Source: a virus
Taxonomy: Duplodnaviria > Heunggongvirae > Uroviricota > Caudoviricetes
IMG/VR virus record: IMGVR_UViG_2648501400_000020
Location: 1 to 38,746 of that record
DNA: 38,746 nucleotides
Strand: one strand, 5' to 3'
Shown: positions 20,348-28,989 of the stretch, piece by piece
Layout of the letters: each line of letters starts with the position of its first letter
Position numbering within the stretch: position 1 is the stretch's first letter
Notes under the pieces: generated by a model
What the model was told of the DNA's origin: nothing
Seen by the model: the letters and a program-made list of their open reading frames with translations, nothing else
Database searches by the model: none
Program-made: the position numbers and the translations under genes

Positions 20348-20807
20348 TTACCACCCCACCAGCTTCTTTAAATCGGGAAATCAGGTCACCGATTCTATGT
20401 TCATACTGACCGTAACCTGCACCAGGTAACGACGCCCAGATATTGCTGCACCGGTCGATTGCCTGACGAATATCGCCGCGGTCAATCATCGGTAAAGCGC
20501 CACGCTCTTTAATCTGCTGCAGCGCTACAGCATCCTGGCTTTCTGGAGAAAAATCTTTCAGACCAAGTTGCTTGCGGTAGGCATCCCACCAGCGTGAAAG
20601 AAGCTGGTAACGTCCGGCGGCTGTTGATTTGAGTGTCGGATTTAGTGTGACAAGTTTGCGAGGGTGATCGGAGTAATCAGTGAACAGTTCGCCACCAACA
20701 ATAACATCATAACCGTGGTTACGTGTCGGTTGTCGCCCGTTATCCGTTCCTTCTGACCATGCCACCATATCAAGGAAAGCTTTACGCTGGGAATTAAGTG
20801 TCTGCAT
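20331..20807 (-). CDS. R: Endolysin, lambda R-type lytic transglycosylase
   Basis: 158 aa; near-colinear with lambda R as I recall it (QRKAFLDMVAWSEGTDNGRQ...DRGDIRQAIDRCSNIWASLPGAGYGQ). Confidence 0.9.
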   Translation of the reverse strand: MQTLNSQRKAFLDMVAWSEGTDNGRQPTRNHGYDVIVGGELFTDYSDHPRKLVTLNPTLKSTAAGRYQLLSRWWDAYRKQLGLKDFSPESQDAVALQQIKERGALPMIDRGDIRQAIDRCSNIWASLPGAGYGQYEHRIGDLISRFKEAGGVVNEAEI

Positions 20808-20810
20808 TAA

Positions 20811-21170
20811 TTACTCCTTATGGGCACCGAACTTGTTACCGATGACCCTCATTGCCGCACCACGAATAGCATCAACACCAATCAGCCCCACCCCACCACC
20901 AATGGCAACAGAAAGTGATTTAGGCCATCCGACATACTCAAGCGCGGATGCAAAGGTCAGCGTCAGGGCACCACAGAGCAAAATCTCAAGCGTTTTTCGT
21001 TTCCAGCCCCCACCACCGCCAAAATAGGCGATGCGCAAACCAGCCATAACGATCGACATAATCACTGCACCCAGCGGTGTGTCTCCACGCCACCAGCTCT
21101 GAAACAACTCCAGCCAGTCCGGCCAGGTATTTGGGTTATGAGGCATTTCATCATCTCTCACCTCGCACAT
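20811..21170 (-). CDS. Holin
   Basis: 119 aa with hydrophobic membrane segments and charged C-terminus, immediately upstream of endolysin. Confidence 0.55.
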   Translation of the reverse strand: MCEVRDDEMPHNPNTWPDWLELFQSWWRGDTPLGAVIMSIVMAGLRIAYFGGGGGWKRKTLEILLCGALTLTFASALEYVGWPKSLSVAIGGGVGLIGVDAIRGAAMRVIGNKFGAHKE

Positions 21171-21264
21171 ATCGCGGGTGCAAATTGAGGGAATAAAAAA
21201 TCCCCGAATATTCCAGGAGCGGAAACGGGGAAAGGCGTTGCACTAAATGGGCCTGTCTGCGGCC

Positions 21265-21294
21265 TTAAATAAAAAACCTCGGCAAATACCGAGG
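21265..21294 (-). terminator. Rho-independent terminator about 100 nt upstream of holin (tR-prime-like late leader terminator)
   Basis: cctcgg-caaata-ccgagg hairpin (21277-21294) followed on the minus strand by a T-run. Confidence 0.6.
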
Positions 21295-21515
21295 TCAGTT
21301 AATCGTTGCCGCTGTGAGTGCCGCGGCGCACTATCTCTTTATCAGGCCACTTACGCGTTAAACCGGGTGCCAACCGTAACTCAGTGATGCTTTACGCTTC
21401 CTCTCCCTCACTATGTCGCCATGGGAGCCCGACCAGATTAACGCTGTCGTCACGTTGCCAATATATGGCATCCAATACATTCTTTTTATTTAGCTATTTC
21501 ATTTTTCTATCCGTC

Positions 21516-21545
21516 AGAAACAACAAAACCCGCTCAATGGCGGGT
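21516..21545 (-). terminator. Putative terminator downstream of ORF6N-like gene
   Basis: acccgc-tcaatg-gcgggt hairpin (21528-21545) followed on the minus strand by a T-rich run. Confidence 0.45.
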
Positions 21546-21641
21546 TCTGGTAAAGTTCATGCGCTTGATTCGCCTCGCGATACAGCTTTGCGAAGCGTAC
21601 CGGAATTGAAGCAGTTTATGTGCAAAAATGCAAGAACTTTT

Positions 21642-22223
21642 TTAAAGCTGCATCAACCTTTCCACCAGTTTATCTCTGCGAACAACAAACCAACCATTGG
21701 CTCTCGCCAGTTCCAGCCATGACTCAAGGGAAATAACAATATCATCATCCCGTAACTGAATTGTGGAAACAGTGACACCGCCTCGCTGATAACAGAGAAC
21801 TCGCGTGTCGTAACTTTTCTGGCATGAAACTGGCGCTGACGGATCCTTTTGTCTGAAATAGCAGTCTTCCAGCTTTTCGAACACATCCCACGCCTGATCG
21901 GTTTCGAGCATTTTGGCATGACGGGCTGCTCCGCGTTCTGTCCAGAGGATGAGGGAGCGGGCTTTCGGGGAAATTTGTAACCCTCTTAAAGATGGTTGCA
22001 AATTTTGTGAGTAGTTTAAAGCTACCCGCAAATTTTTCAGGGCATCGCCAGCCACTTTGAAAAAATGCTTTCCTTCAATAAAGCGCTCAGCATTTCTGGC
22101 GTAGTTATTTTGAATGTTCTTAACTTCAGCACCGTACAACTGCGCCAAAAGTTCGGTGGTAATAACAGGAATCTGGTTATGGGTGATCGGGGAGAGAGTT
22201 TCAACAGAAATTTGAGTTGTCAT
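21642..22223 (-). CDS. ORF6N-domain protein (Rha/antirepressor-like regulator) inserted between Q and lysis genes
   Basis: N-terminal segment VITTELLAQLYGAEVKNIQNNYARNAERFIEGKHFFKV resembles the ORF6N/KilA-N-type DNA-binding domain of phage antirepressors. Confidence 0.5.
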   Translation of the reverse strand: MTTQISVETLSPITHNQIPVITTELLAQLYGAEVKNIQNNYARNAERFIEGKHFFKVAGDALKNLRVALNYSQNLQPSLRGLQISPKARSLILWTERGAARHAKMLETDQAWDVFEKLEDCYFRQKDPSAPVSCQKSYDTRVLCYQRGGVTVSTIQLRDDDIVISLESWLELARANGWFVVRRDKLVERLMQL

Positions 22224-22496
22224 AATGACGCCCTCTGGTGGTTTCTAAACCATCACCACCGTCAGGTTCCTAATCATCGGGTGGTGAGACGTACAGGGTT
22301 AGGAACTACCGGGAAACCAACCGGCGAGCTTTTCAGCTCCCCCATACGCCCCACCATAATTCAGATGTGCGCGTGCATACGACAATAAAAAACACGCTCG
22401 CGGCGTGTGTCTGTCGCGGTCTCTATCCGGGGTTCCTAATCCCGACGCCAGATTTTGCTGGCGCGTGAGGAATATAGCCCCGGATAACAGATTGAG

Positions 22497-23051
22497 TCAA
22501 CAGACAGTTTTTAAATACCCGGAAGAGAATGCATCACGCATCGGCAGATAGAGCATATATTCAGCAAGATTTAGCCATACATCTACCCGACTGCAGCACG
22601 TCCGAAAACACCACTCAGGGTGTGCATCATTTAGCAATTCAGCCATTTTGCGCTTACTCATCCCCCGCCCTTCATATCTTTGCCGGAGGATACAAATCAA
22701 TCCTGGGTGTTCTGCCAGCACTTCACTAATCACCCGATCAATGCATAACGCCTCTGCATCAGTACAATGCACCAGCCAGCTTTTTTGCTTGCCGTTGATC
22801 ATATCCCGCAAAAAAGCCTCAAGTTCAGGTTTGTCCAGACCTGCTTTTTTCATCCTCCGGAGCGCCTCATTAATTGCCGTTTTTGTTAGCTTTTTAGAGG
22901 TCAGCAACTGGTTAAACATATTTCCCGTCTTACCGCCGCCAATATACGACCAGCGCCCCCACATGCGCAGTTTTCCCTGAATCCAGACACTTTCCAGCGT
23001 GGTGAGACGAAGGTGTTCCCCGCTTTTGCCTGTATTCGTTGGGTAAATCAT
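22497..23051 (-). CDS. Late-gene antiterminator (Q-like); start taken at internal ATG 23051 coupled to upstream stop
   Basis: Cys/His-rich basic protein in the canonical position between nin-type genes and the lysis cassette; ATGA overlap with upstream gene. Confidence 0.55.
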   Translation of the reverse strand: MIYPTNTGKSGEHLRLTTLESVWIQGKLRMWGRWSYIGGGKTGNMFNQLLTSKKLTKTAINEALRRMKKAGLDKPELEAFLRDMINGKQKSWLVHCTDAEALCIDRVISEVLAEHPGLICILRQRYEGRGMSKRKMAELLNDAHPEWCFRTCCSRVDVWLNLAEYMLYLPMRDAFSSGYLKTVC

Positions 23052-23338
23052 AAATAACCTTCCTTTCTCCAGATTTCTTGTGTGCGAAAAACACCTTCTG
23101 CATGCATCAGGCGTAATTCTTCTTTGGTGTAATCGCTGGTTTTTACCCGCCCGTCGATTAAATCGTGGCATGAGCTACAGGCAATCGCTGCCTGCATATC
23201 GTGTGGTTTTGTCGCTGTTCCGCACGTCCCCGCCAGCCTGTAATGCGCCAGCACAGAAGTTTCGGGATTGTGATTGCAGTAGCCAGGAATTCTGACGGTG
23301 CACATCTGCCCCCGCGCCGCTTTACGTAAATCCACCAT
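23048..23338 (-). CDS. DUF1364-type putative nuclease (YbcO-like)
   Basis: 96 aa with Cys/His cluster (CTVRIPGYCNHNPETSVLAHYRL...CSSCHD), typical nin-region gene just upstream of Q. Confidence 0.6.
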   Translation of the reverse strand: MVDLRKAARGQMCTVRIPGYCNHNPETSVLAHYRLAGTCGTATKPHDMQAAIACSSCHDLIDGRVKTSDYTKEELRLMHAEGVFRTQEIWRKEGYL

Positions 23339-23937
23339 TACGCAAACTCCAGCAGCTGCACGGCCACATTTTCGACTTGTTCCGGAGAGGAAAATTTACG
23401 GAACAGAATCCAGTTCCACAGCACATTCAGTACAGATTTATAAACCTGCTGAAACTCGGTTTCGTCCATATTCGCAAACGAGATGGATTTCGCCCTGCGC
23501 CCACGGCTACCGTCCGGATAAATATGCTCGGTGTAAAATCCGGCCTGAATGGTTACCCACTCGCGGAAAGCGTCAAACGACTTTAGCAATGCCGTATCCC
23601 GGGTTCTGCGTGTTGCAACTGTATTCAGATATTGCTCTGCGGCTTGGCTCAGAGCTGGCGTATGTTCCCGACCTACTGATTCACACAGGTAATCAACGAA
23701 ACCAGACAGCAGTTCTCGTTCGCGAGGCGTGATCGCCCCACCGACCGGAGTCCAGTAATCGAATCCCAATTGCAGGAGTTTGAAAAAACGCTTGTGGAAT
23801 GCGTAGTTACGCACACGCTTAAAGTCTGCGTGTATCCACTCGCCTATTTTTATTTGATGCAAAAAATCGCAACTCTCCGGCGTCGCCGGGAGAAGTAATC
23901 CGGAAGAGGTTTGTTTGACCAGTTGTATATGCGCCAT
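23338..23937 (-). CDS. Conserved nin-region protein (DUF1367-like)
   Basis: 199 aa ORF coupled to the YbcO-like gene. Confidence 0.4.
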   Translation of the reverse strand: MAHIQLVKQTSSGLLLPATPESCDFLHQIKIGEWIHADFKRVRNYAFHKRFFKLLQLGFDYWTPVGGAITPRERELLSGFVDYLCESVGREHTPALSQAAEQYLNTVATRRTRDTALLKSFDAFREWVTIQAGFYTEHIYPDGSRGRRAKSISFANMDETEFQQVYKSVLNVLWNWILFRKFSSPEQVENVAVQLLEFA

Positions 23938-24008
23938 CGTAGTTCTCCGCTGGCGCAGTAGAATGGGTGTTCAGCCCGTTATGTAGTATACCAGAATTAA
24001 TGCCAATA

Positions 24009-24260
24009 CTAACAGGATGCTCTGACTCGCAATTCATCCAGCAGTTTATCATTTCCCATAATGTCACTTACCCTCATCGGTAAAAAAATTGCCTTTCGAC
24101 CATTACGATACATCATTGATTTTTTAGTTTCAGGGAAGTAATCCATTTCGACTATAACTGACAGGTCATCACGACGTATGACTGCATATTTGCTACTAAA
24201 TAGTTTCTTTATTTTTTCCACGATGCCTCCAGGTTTATAAGTACAAACGGTTATATCCAC
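24009..24260 (-). CDS. Hypothetical protein, possible gene remnant (GTG start, no Shine-Dalgarno)
   Basis: 83 aa ORF beginning with GTG, preceded by an AT-rich region; coding status doubtful. Confidence 0.25.
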   Translation of the reverse strand: MDITVCTYKPGGIVEKIKKLFSSKYAVIRRDDLSVIVEMDYFPETKKSMMYRNGRKAIFLPMRVSDIMGNDKLLDELRVRASC

Positions 24261-24404
24261 ATAGAGACAAAAATATTAATCTGAAAAATATTTATTTCAC
24301 GTCGTATATTTGATTATTTAATGTGCAGGTACAATGACTTTTATTTTGTGTTGTGTATATAATCAAATATATGGTTATTTTTCACCCTACGTATTCAGCA
24401 CGCA

Positions 24405-24428
24405 ACAAAAAACCCGCCGAAGCGGGTT
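24405..24428 (-). terminator. Rho-independent terminator of the hok transcript
   Basis: cccgc-cgaa-gcggg hairpin (24413-24426) with T-run on the minus strand, about 70 nt downstream of the hok stop. Confidence 0.6.
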
Positions 24429-24495
24429 TAGTGCGGGTGCGTTGAGGATGCCTGACACATGAGAGGTGGCGAGGGATTACCCCTCGCCTGGTCTC

Positions 24496-24651
24496 TTACT
24501 TCTCAGATTCGTAGGCTACGAAGACAGCGACCTCCATCTGGCCGGTTCGGATTCGTACCTCGCAGAGGTCTTTCCTCGTTACCAGTGCCGTCACTATGAC
24601 GGTTAAACAGATGGCGATCAGGGCGATTAACATCGCCTTTTGCTGCTTCAT
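24496..24651 (-). CDS. hok: Hok/Gef-family type I toxin (51 aa); below the ORF-track length cutoff
   Basis: My translation: MKQQKAMLIALIAICLTVIVTALVTRKDLCEVRIRTGQMEVAVFVAYESEK; AAGGAG Shine-Dalgarno; short upstream ORF ends overlapping the start codon. Confidence 0.85.
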   Translation of the reverse strand: MKQQKAMLIALIAICLTVIVTALVTRKDLCEVRIRTGQMEVAVFVAYESEK

Positions 24652-24909
24652 AGCCTGCTTCTCCTTGACCTTTCGGTCCGTAAGAGGCTAATCTCTATGT
24701 GTCGCATAGATATGGCCTCAGATTAATGTTAAGCGTCTTGCCGGACGCGTAATGTTAACTGGGGCTTTTCTCTATCTGCCTTTTGGTGTTCATGCCTGAG
24801 ACAGATAGCCTCAAGCACCCACAGTCATTCTACTTAACTAAGATTTCCCTGCAAACCGTTTTTGTCCGGCACAGTAAATATCCAACTAAACCAATAGCGT
24901 TCGCTGTAT

Positions 24910-25089
24910 TTACCGCCAGTATTCAATGCACGTGACCGCCATGAACACCCCTAAAAAAAGGGCATTTATATGTCCAAACATTAATATCAAAACATCAATT
25001 TTTTCCATATACCTTGCTGTGAAGATGATGGGCATACATGATGCGAACAACCAGAACGCAACAAACAAAAACTGCAATGCGTTTTTCAT
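24910..25089 (-). CDS. Small hydrophobic membrane protein (start taken at ATG 25089 with GGGGG Shine-Dalgarno)
   Basis: 59 aa, two predicted transmembrane helices (FLFVAFWLFASCMPIIF and ALFLGVFMAVTCI); AT-rich flanks. Confidence 0.35.
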   Translation of the reverse strand: MKNALQFLFVAFWLFASCMPIIFTARYMEKIDVLILMFGHINALFLGVFMAVTCIEYWR

Positions 25090-25300
25090 TATTCCCCCTA
25101 CAATCAATGTGCAATTACATTTAAACACACCTCAATTTGGCCGGACATATAAATATCTAAACCAGAAAAAATCACTTACATAGCGTTACAAACTCTTTAG
25201 TCTAAATATTCATCGTAAAACATTCCCCATACTTATCAGCCCACTCTACGCCAGGTAGCTCATTGCCTTATCTGGGAATCTGTAATCAGGTTTCCGTTTT

Positions 25301-25717
25301 TCAGTCGGCTGGTCGTTTAACCGGCATAGTTAACCCATTAATCTGGTTGCCGGATGCTGGTGGATTTTCGCGTTTTAGTTGTTCATAAAAGTGCACAGCT
25401 TTAACCAGTTCTTCTGATGTAACCGGAACTGGTGGGGCAGTGAATAAGGCCTGAATTTCATAGTTCGGCCTGTCGTTACAATCCTCTTTTTTCGGTACAT
25501 ATTTCCAGTCACCAACCCACAACTCCCCCTGAGAGTCCATAACACCTTTTTTCACGTAGCGATATCGCCACGCTATCGGCTCTGCTTCCAGCGATGCCAG
25601 TGCAATTTTGAATAACTCGCCCTCTACTCGCGCCACCCCTGAATTGGGGTGGCATTTCGTAATCGCTATTTTTAATTTGGCTTCTTCGATTAATTGTTCT
25701 TTTGTTAATTCAGTCAT
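25301..25717 (-). CDS. Hypothetical protein (nin-like region)
   Basis: 138 aa ORF with ATG start, same orientation as replication operon; no recognisable motif. Confidence 0.4.
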   Translation of the reverse strand: MTELTKEQLIEEAKLKIAITKCHPNSGVARVEGELFKIALASLEAEPIAWRYRYVKKGVMDSQGELWVGDWKYVPKKEDCNDRPNYEIQALFTAPPVPVTSEELVKAVHFYEQLKRENPPASGNQINGLTMPVKRPAD

Positions 25718-25811
25718 TTTTATTACCGCCCTTTCAGGCGGCCTCCTGATGTTCTGAGGGTGCAGAAATCCCTCCGGTTAAGGATTTAATTTTTAACAGA
25801 GCTAAATTTAA

Positions 25812-26168
25812 TTATTCAGTTCTGGATTTTGTCGCCCTGCGTATCCGCGCTTTCACGTTACGCTCAATCTGAATTAGCTTTTCTATATTTTTTCGCCTTT
25901 CCCGCTCCTCCTGACGCAAGAGCCTTACATCATCTGCCAGTCTGGTTTCTCTTTTCGCCACAGAGAGCATCCAGTCAAATGGCTCCACAACTGCACCGCA
26001 GATTTTACAGCGGACCTGACGCTCTTTTTCGTCAACCCGGACAGAGGCGTGATGACAATATGGTCTTTCCGATGGCTCATAAAGAAAATTAACCTGATTA
26101 CGAGGGTCATCCTCTTTTACCGGAAATAAAACGATATTGCTTAACTCATCCTCTGGTTTTATTTCCAT
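25812..26168 (-). CDS. Hypothetical Cys/His-containing protein (start taken at ATG 26168 with AAGGAGAGG Shine-Dalgarno)
   Basis: CHH...CKIC spacing suggests a small zinc-binding module; basic C-terminal tail. Confidence 0.4.
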   Translation of the reverse strand: MEIKPEDELSNIVLFPVKEDDPRNQVNFLYEPSERPYCHHASVRVDEKERQVRCKICGAVVEPFDWMLSVAKRETRLADDVRLLRQEERERRKNIEKLIQIERNVKARIRRATKSRTE

Positions 26169-26225
26169 GCTCCTCTCCTTTGATGCGAATGCCAGCGGTA
26201 ATTGAAGCCTGATAGCTAATTTCAC

Positions 26226-26648
26226 TCACAGTGCCGCCTCCTGAAAATTACCCTGATAGAAAGCCAGTACACGCTGCATAGCTTCACTCTTCCGGCACTC
26301 GCGACAGATTATATTCAGGCGCCTGTCGTAGCGGCGTATTTCTCCGTCTGGTAATGACCAGATTAGGTCCGGATCAACTACTGCAGGTTTCTTCACCTTT
26401 GTCCTTGAGAGTTTTTTGCGGGCATTTTGCCAGTCCTTACGAGCCTGTTCAGACGGGAATAACCCGTAACCAGAGTTGTATACATCGCCACTGGCAACCA
26501 GCTCTCTGGCAAGAACGCTCATCAGATATCTTGTCGCACCTGTCTTGGCTTCCAGTTGCCGTAACGTCTCGCGCCCACTCCGGCGTACTAGCTCAACAAC
26601 CTGCCCTTTAATTTTTTCTCGCTCTTCTTGTGTAAATACTTTTGCCAT
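26226..26648 (-). CDS. Hypothetical protein (start taken at ATG 26648 with GGAGG Shine-Dalgarno)
   Basis: 140 aa ORF in replication/nin operon; C-terminal CRECRK motif. Confidence 0.4.
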   Translation of the reverse strand: MAKVFTQEEREKIKGQVVELVRRSGRETLRQLEAKTGATRYLMSVLARELVASGDVYNSGYGLFPSEQARKDWQNARKKLSRTKVKKPAVVDPDLIWSLPDGEIRRYDRRLNIICRECRKSEAMQRVLAFYQGNFQEAAL

Positions 26649-26663
26649 AGGTGCCTCCGGCAA

Positions 26664-27425
26664 TCACTTTTCCGACACAATACGGCTGGAGGAATCGAAA
26701 ATATGTCGAACAATATCCCGGTGCTTGTTCAGCTCCCGCAGCGCGGCGCAGACTCGCTCCCACTTCTGGACATGATTTTTCGCCCGACGCAGTTCGCGGT
26801 TTGCCATATGCAGCGATGGTAAAACCAGGTCATCCGCTCGCGTTTCAGTAAACGATGGCAGCGACTGCACAATGTCCGCCACCGTTTCTGTTTTAATATC
26901 TTCCTGTGTTGCAGCCTCCTGTACTGGTAACGCAACACCTGCGGGCTGAGGAAAGGCCTTACCATCAGTTTCCGCTACCGATGCTGCTTTCGGCTCTGCT
27001 GGTAAATTATCGCCTGGTATGCAGTAACGAAATTTACCGCCCTGATTTACGCGAATCAGACGACCTTTGCTGATTGCCATTGCCAGCGTTGAAGCCACTT
27101 TGCGTGATGTGGTACCAAACAATGTAGCCAGCTCATCAGCCGTTTGTGGTCCGCGTTGTTCAATCGTCGCGGTTAAATCGCACTCTGAGATTTTCGCGAC
27201 TGTTGCCGTGGTAGTTTCTTCCGGCAGTTCTGCCTGCGCTGGCTGTTCCTGCTGAACGTTGTTATCAGCCACACGCCAGGTGTACGCGGTTTTATCAACA
27301 AAACCAGCTTTTTTCAGTTCCCACAGCTCGTTCAGCACTTCTTCACGACTGATATCAAGTCGCGCAGCAAGTTCTACCGACGTGGCTTTTCCCATTGCTT
27401 TCAGTGCGTCAAAAACAGTCTCCAT
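26664..27425 (-). CDS. DUF1627-like winged-helix protein (start taken at ATG 27425 with GGGAGGA Shine-Dalgarno)
   Basis: N-terminal segment [34 protein letters not shown] resembles a winged-helix DNA-binding domain; follows DnaC-like gene. Confidence 0.5.
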   Translation of the reverse strand: METVFDALKAMGKATSVELAARLDISREEVLNELWELKKAGFVDKTAYTWRVADNNVQQEQPAQAELPEETTTATVAKISECDLTATIEQRGPQTADELATLFGTTSRKVASTLAMAISKGRLIRVNQGGKFRYCIPGDNLPAEPKAASVAETDGKAFPQPAGVALPVQEAATQEDIKTETVADIVQSLPSFTETRADDLVLPSLHMANRELRRAKNHVQKWERVCAALRELNKHRDIVRHIFDSSSRIVSEK

Positions 27426-27447
27426 TAAAATTTCCTCCCGGTAAAAA

Positions 27448-28194
27448 TCACTTCGCAATTCCTGGCTGGACGACATTCGGACGCCAGCTCTCCCAGTTAA
27501 AATTCACCCATCGCCCGCCGTTCATGGTCATGCGATCCATAATCCTCTCGCCGAGCAATGTTTTCATGGCCTCATAGTTCAGGTTTGTCAGCATCCCCAC
27601 GCTGCGCATCGACGCTGTCCGGCGATCAACAATCTGGTGCAGCACCACCTGCTCGTTTTTTGTCTCGCGCTGAATGCCAATTTCATCAAGAACCAGCAGA
27701 TCCACTTCGCACAGTTCCCGCAAAAATTTTTCGCCTGACTGCCCGTCGTCATAGCTGGCGTGCAGGGCGCTCATAACATCAGCCACGGTAACCACAATCA
27801 CTGTCTGACCGTCTTTCAGCAGGCGATTCCCGATAGCTGCCGCTAAGTGATTCTTCCCGGTACCAGGTTTTCCGCTGAACGCAAAATTTGTACACCCGGT
27901 CATCAGTTCATCGGCGATGGATTTCGCCTGGCTTAACGCGTATCGCTGGCCGTCGTTCTGCACCTGGTAATTCGCAAACGAGCATTTACGGTGCAACGGC
28001 TGGATGCCTGAGCGATTCAGAATTTTTTCCACCCGCAACTGGCGATTCAGGCGGTTGATCTCCTCGCTACGTTTCTGGCCTTCAGCAAGTTGCCACTCGC
28101 GCCACTCCGCTACCGTTCTGAATGGGGCGGTTACATGTGGTGGGGTCAGTCTGCGGATACGCTCCAGAACGCCGCCTGTCGCAATATTTTTCAT
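27448..28194 (-). CDS. DnaC-like replicative helicase loader (IstB-type AAA+ ATPase)
   Basis: Walker [16 protein letters not shown] and Walker B-like LLVLDEIG; 248 aa, directly downstream of O-like initiator. Confidence 0.8.
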   Translation of the reverse strand: MKNIATGGVLERIRRLTPPHVTAPFRTVAEWREWQLAEGQKRSEEINRLNRQLRVEKILNRSGIQPLHRKCSFANYQVQNDGQRYALSQAKSIADELMTGCTNFAFSGKPGTGKNHLAAAIGNRLLKDGQTVIVVTVADVMSALHASYDDGQSGEKFLRELCEVDLLVLDEIGIQRETKNEQVVLHQIVDRRTASMRSVGMLTNLNYEAMKTLLGERIMDRMTMNGGRWVNFNWESWRPNVVQPGIAK

Positions 28195-28200
28195 GGTCTG

Positions 28201-28989
28201 TTACCCCCTGAAGCCTGGCGGGATCGCACTATCCGGCAACGAGACGGTGTTAACCTGTCGGAGCAACGTCTCAGGCCGAACACCTTTCGGTGCGAACAAG
28301 CCCTGGTATTCATTGGCGATGCTGTGTCGAATCACCTGCTCAGGTGTAAAACCCTGCTGACGGAATTTTTCCAGTTCCCGTATCGCCCCGTTAGCGCCCT
28401 GCTCCGTTCGAATCGGTTTTCGCAATGCCTGTCTGAACCGGACCCACTCATGCCAGAGTGTTTCCGGCAACCAATCGGGCAGCTCAATAGCCTCCGGCTC
28501 GAATTTTTTAGACGCTCGTTTTTGGCGAGGGGGATTTAGGGGGAGATCAGTATTTATATCTTCCTCTTCCTCTTCCTCTGGTAACGCTTTTTGATCCGTT
28601 TGTGTAACGCTGCCAGCGTTATCTTTTCGTTTCAGTTCGCGTATTTTTGTAACTCGCTCGTTTGTAACCGCCCGTTTTTTAGAGCTTTTTCCGTTATGAC
28701 GTTCAAAGTTAGGTAGAGAAAGCCCACCGTCATTTTCGACCAGCCATCCAACCTGAATTAACGCATCAGCAAAACCAGCCATAAAAGTGATGCGGTCTAT
28801 TGCACTTTTTGTAACGCCGCGAGCGTTACAATCTGCATTACCGTCTATCATTTGTTGATCCGCCCATGCCCAGAAGCGAATAACCTTCCCTAATGCGGCA
28901 TCTGGATCAATATTCAGAATCTCAGCAAGCCTGAATATTTCCGGCTTATCCGGCGTAATAACCTCGAGCTTTATCCAGTTTGAAGCCAT
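28201..28989 (-). CDS. Replication initiator / replisome organiser (lambda O-like position)
   Basis: 262 aa with acidic EEEEEED linker; three palindromic iteron-like repeats lie in and just upstream of the gene. Confidence 0.6.
   Translation of the reverse strand: MASNWIKLEVITPDKPEIFRLAEILNIDPDAALGKVIRFWAWADQQMIDGNADCNARGVTKSAIDRITFMAGFADALIQVGWLVENDGGLSLPNFERHNGKSSKKRAVTNERVTKIRELKRKDNAGSVTQTDQKALPEEEEEEDINTDLPLNPPRQKRASKKFEPEAIELPDWLPETLWHEWVRFRQALRKPIRTEQGANGAIRELEKFRQQGFTPEQVIRHSIANEYQGLFAPKGVRPETLLRQVNTVSLPDSAIPPGFRG

Noticed and set aside
21318-21722. Plus-strand 134-aa ORF between holin and ORF6N-like gene
   Set aside because: Begins with GTG, lacks a ribosome-binding site, is antisense to the late leader and spans two terminator hairpins; most likely non-coding
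22224-22496. Complete tRNA gene downstream of Q
   Set aside because: A T-arm-like motif is present twice, but I could not assemble an acceptor stem, D-arm and anticodon arm around either copy; treated as repeat or relic only
21170-22497. Toxin or virulence cargo (for example Shiga toxin-like genes) downstream of Q
   Set aside because: The only gene in this slot is the ORF6N-type regulator; no A/B toxin-like ORFs or signal-peptide pairs present
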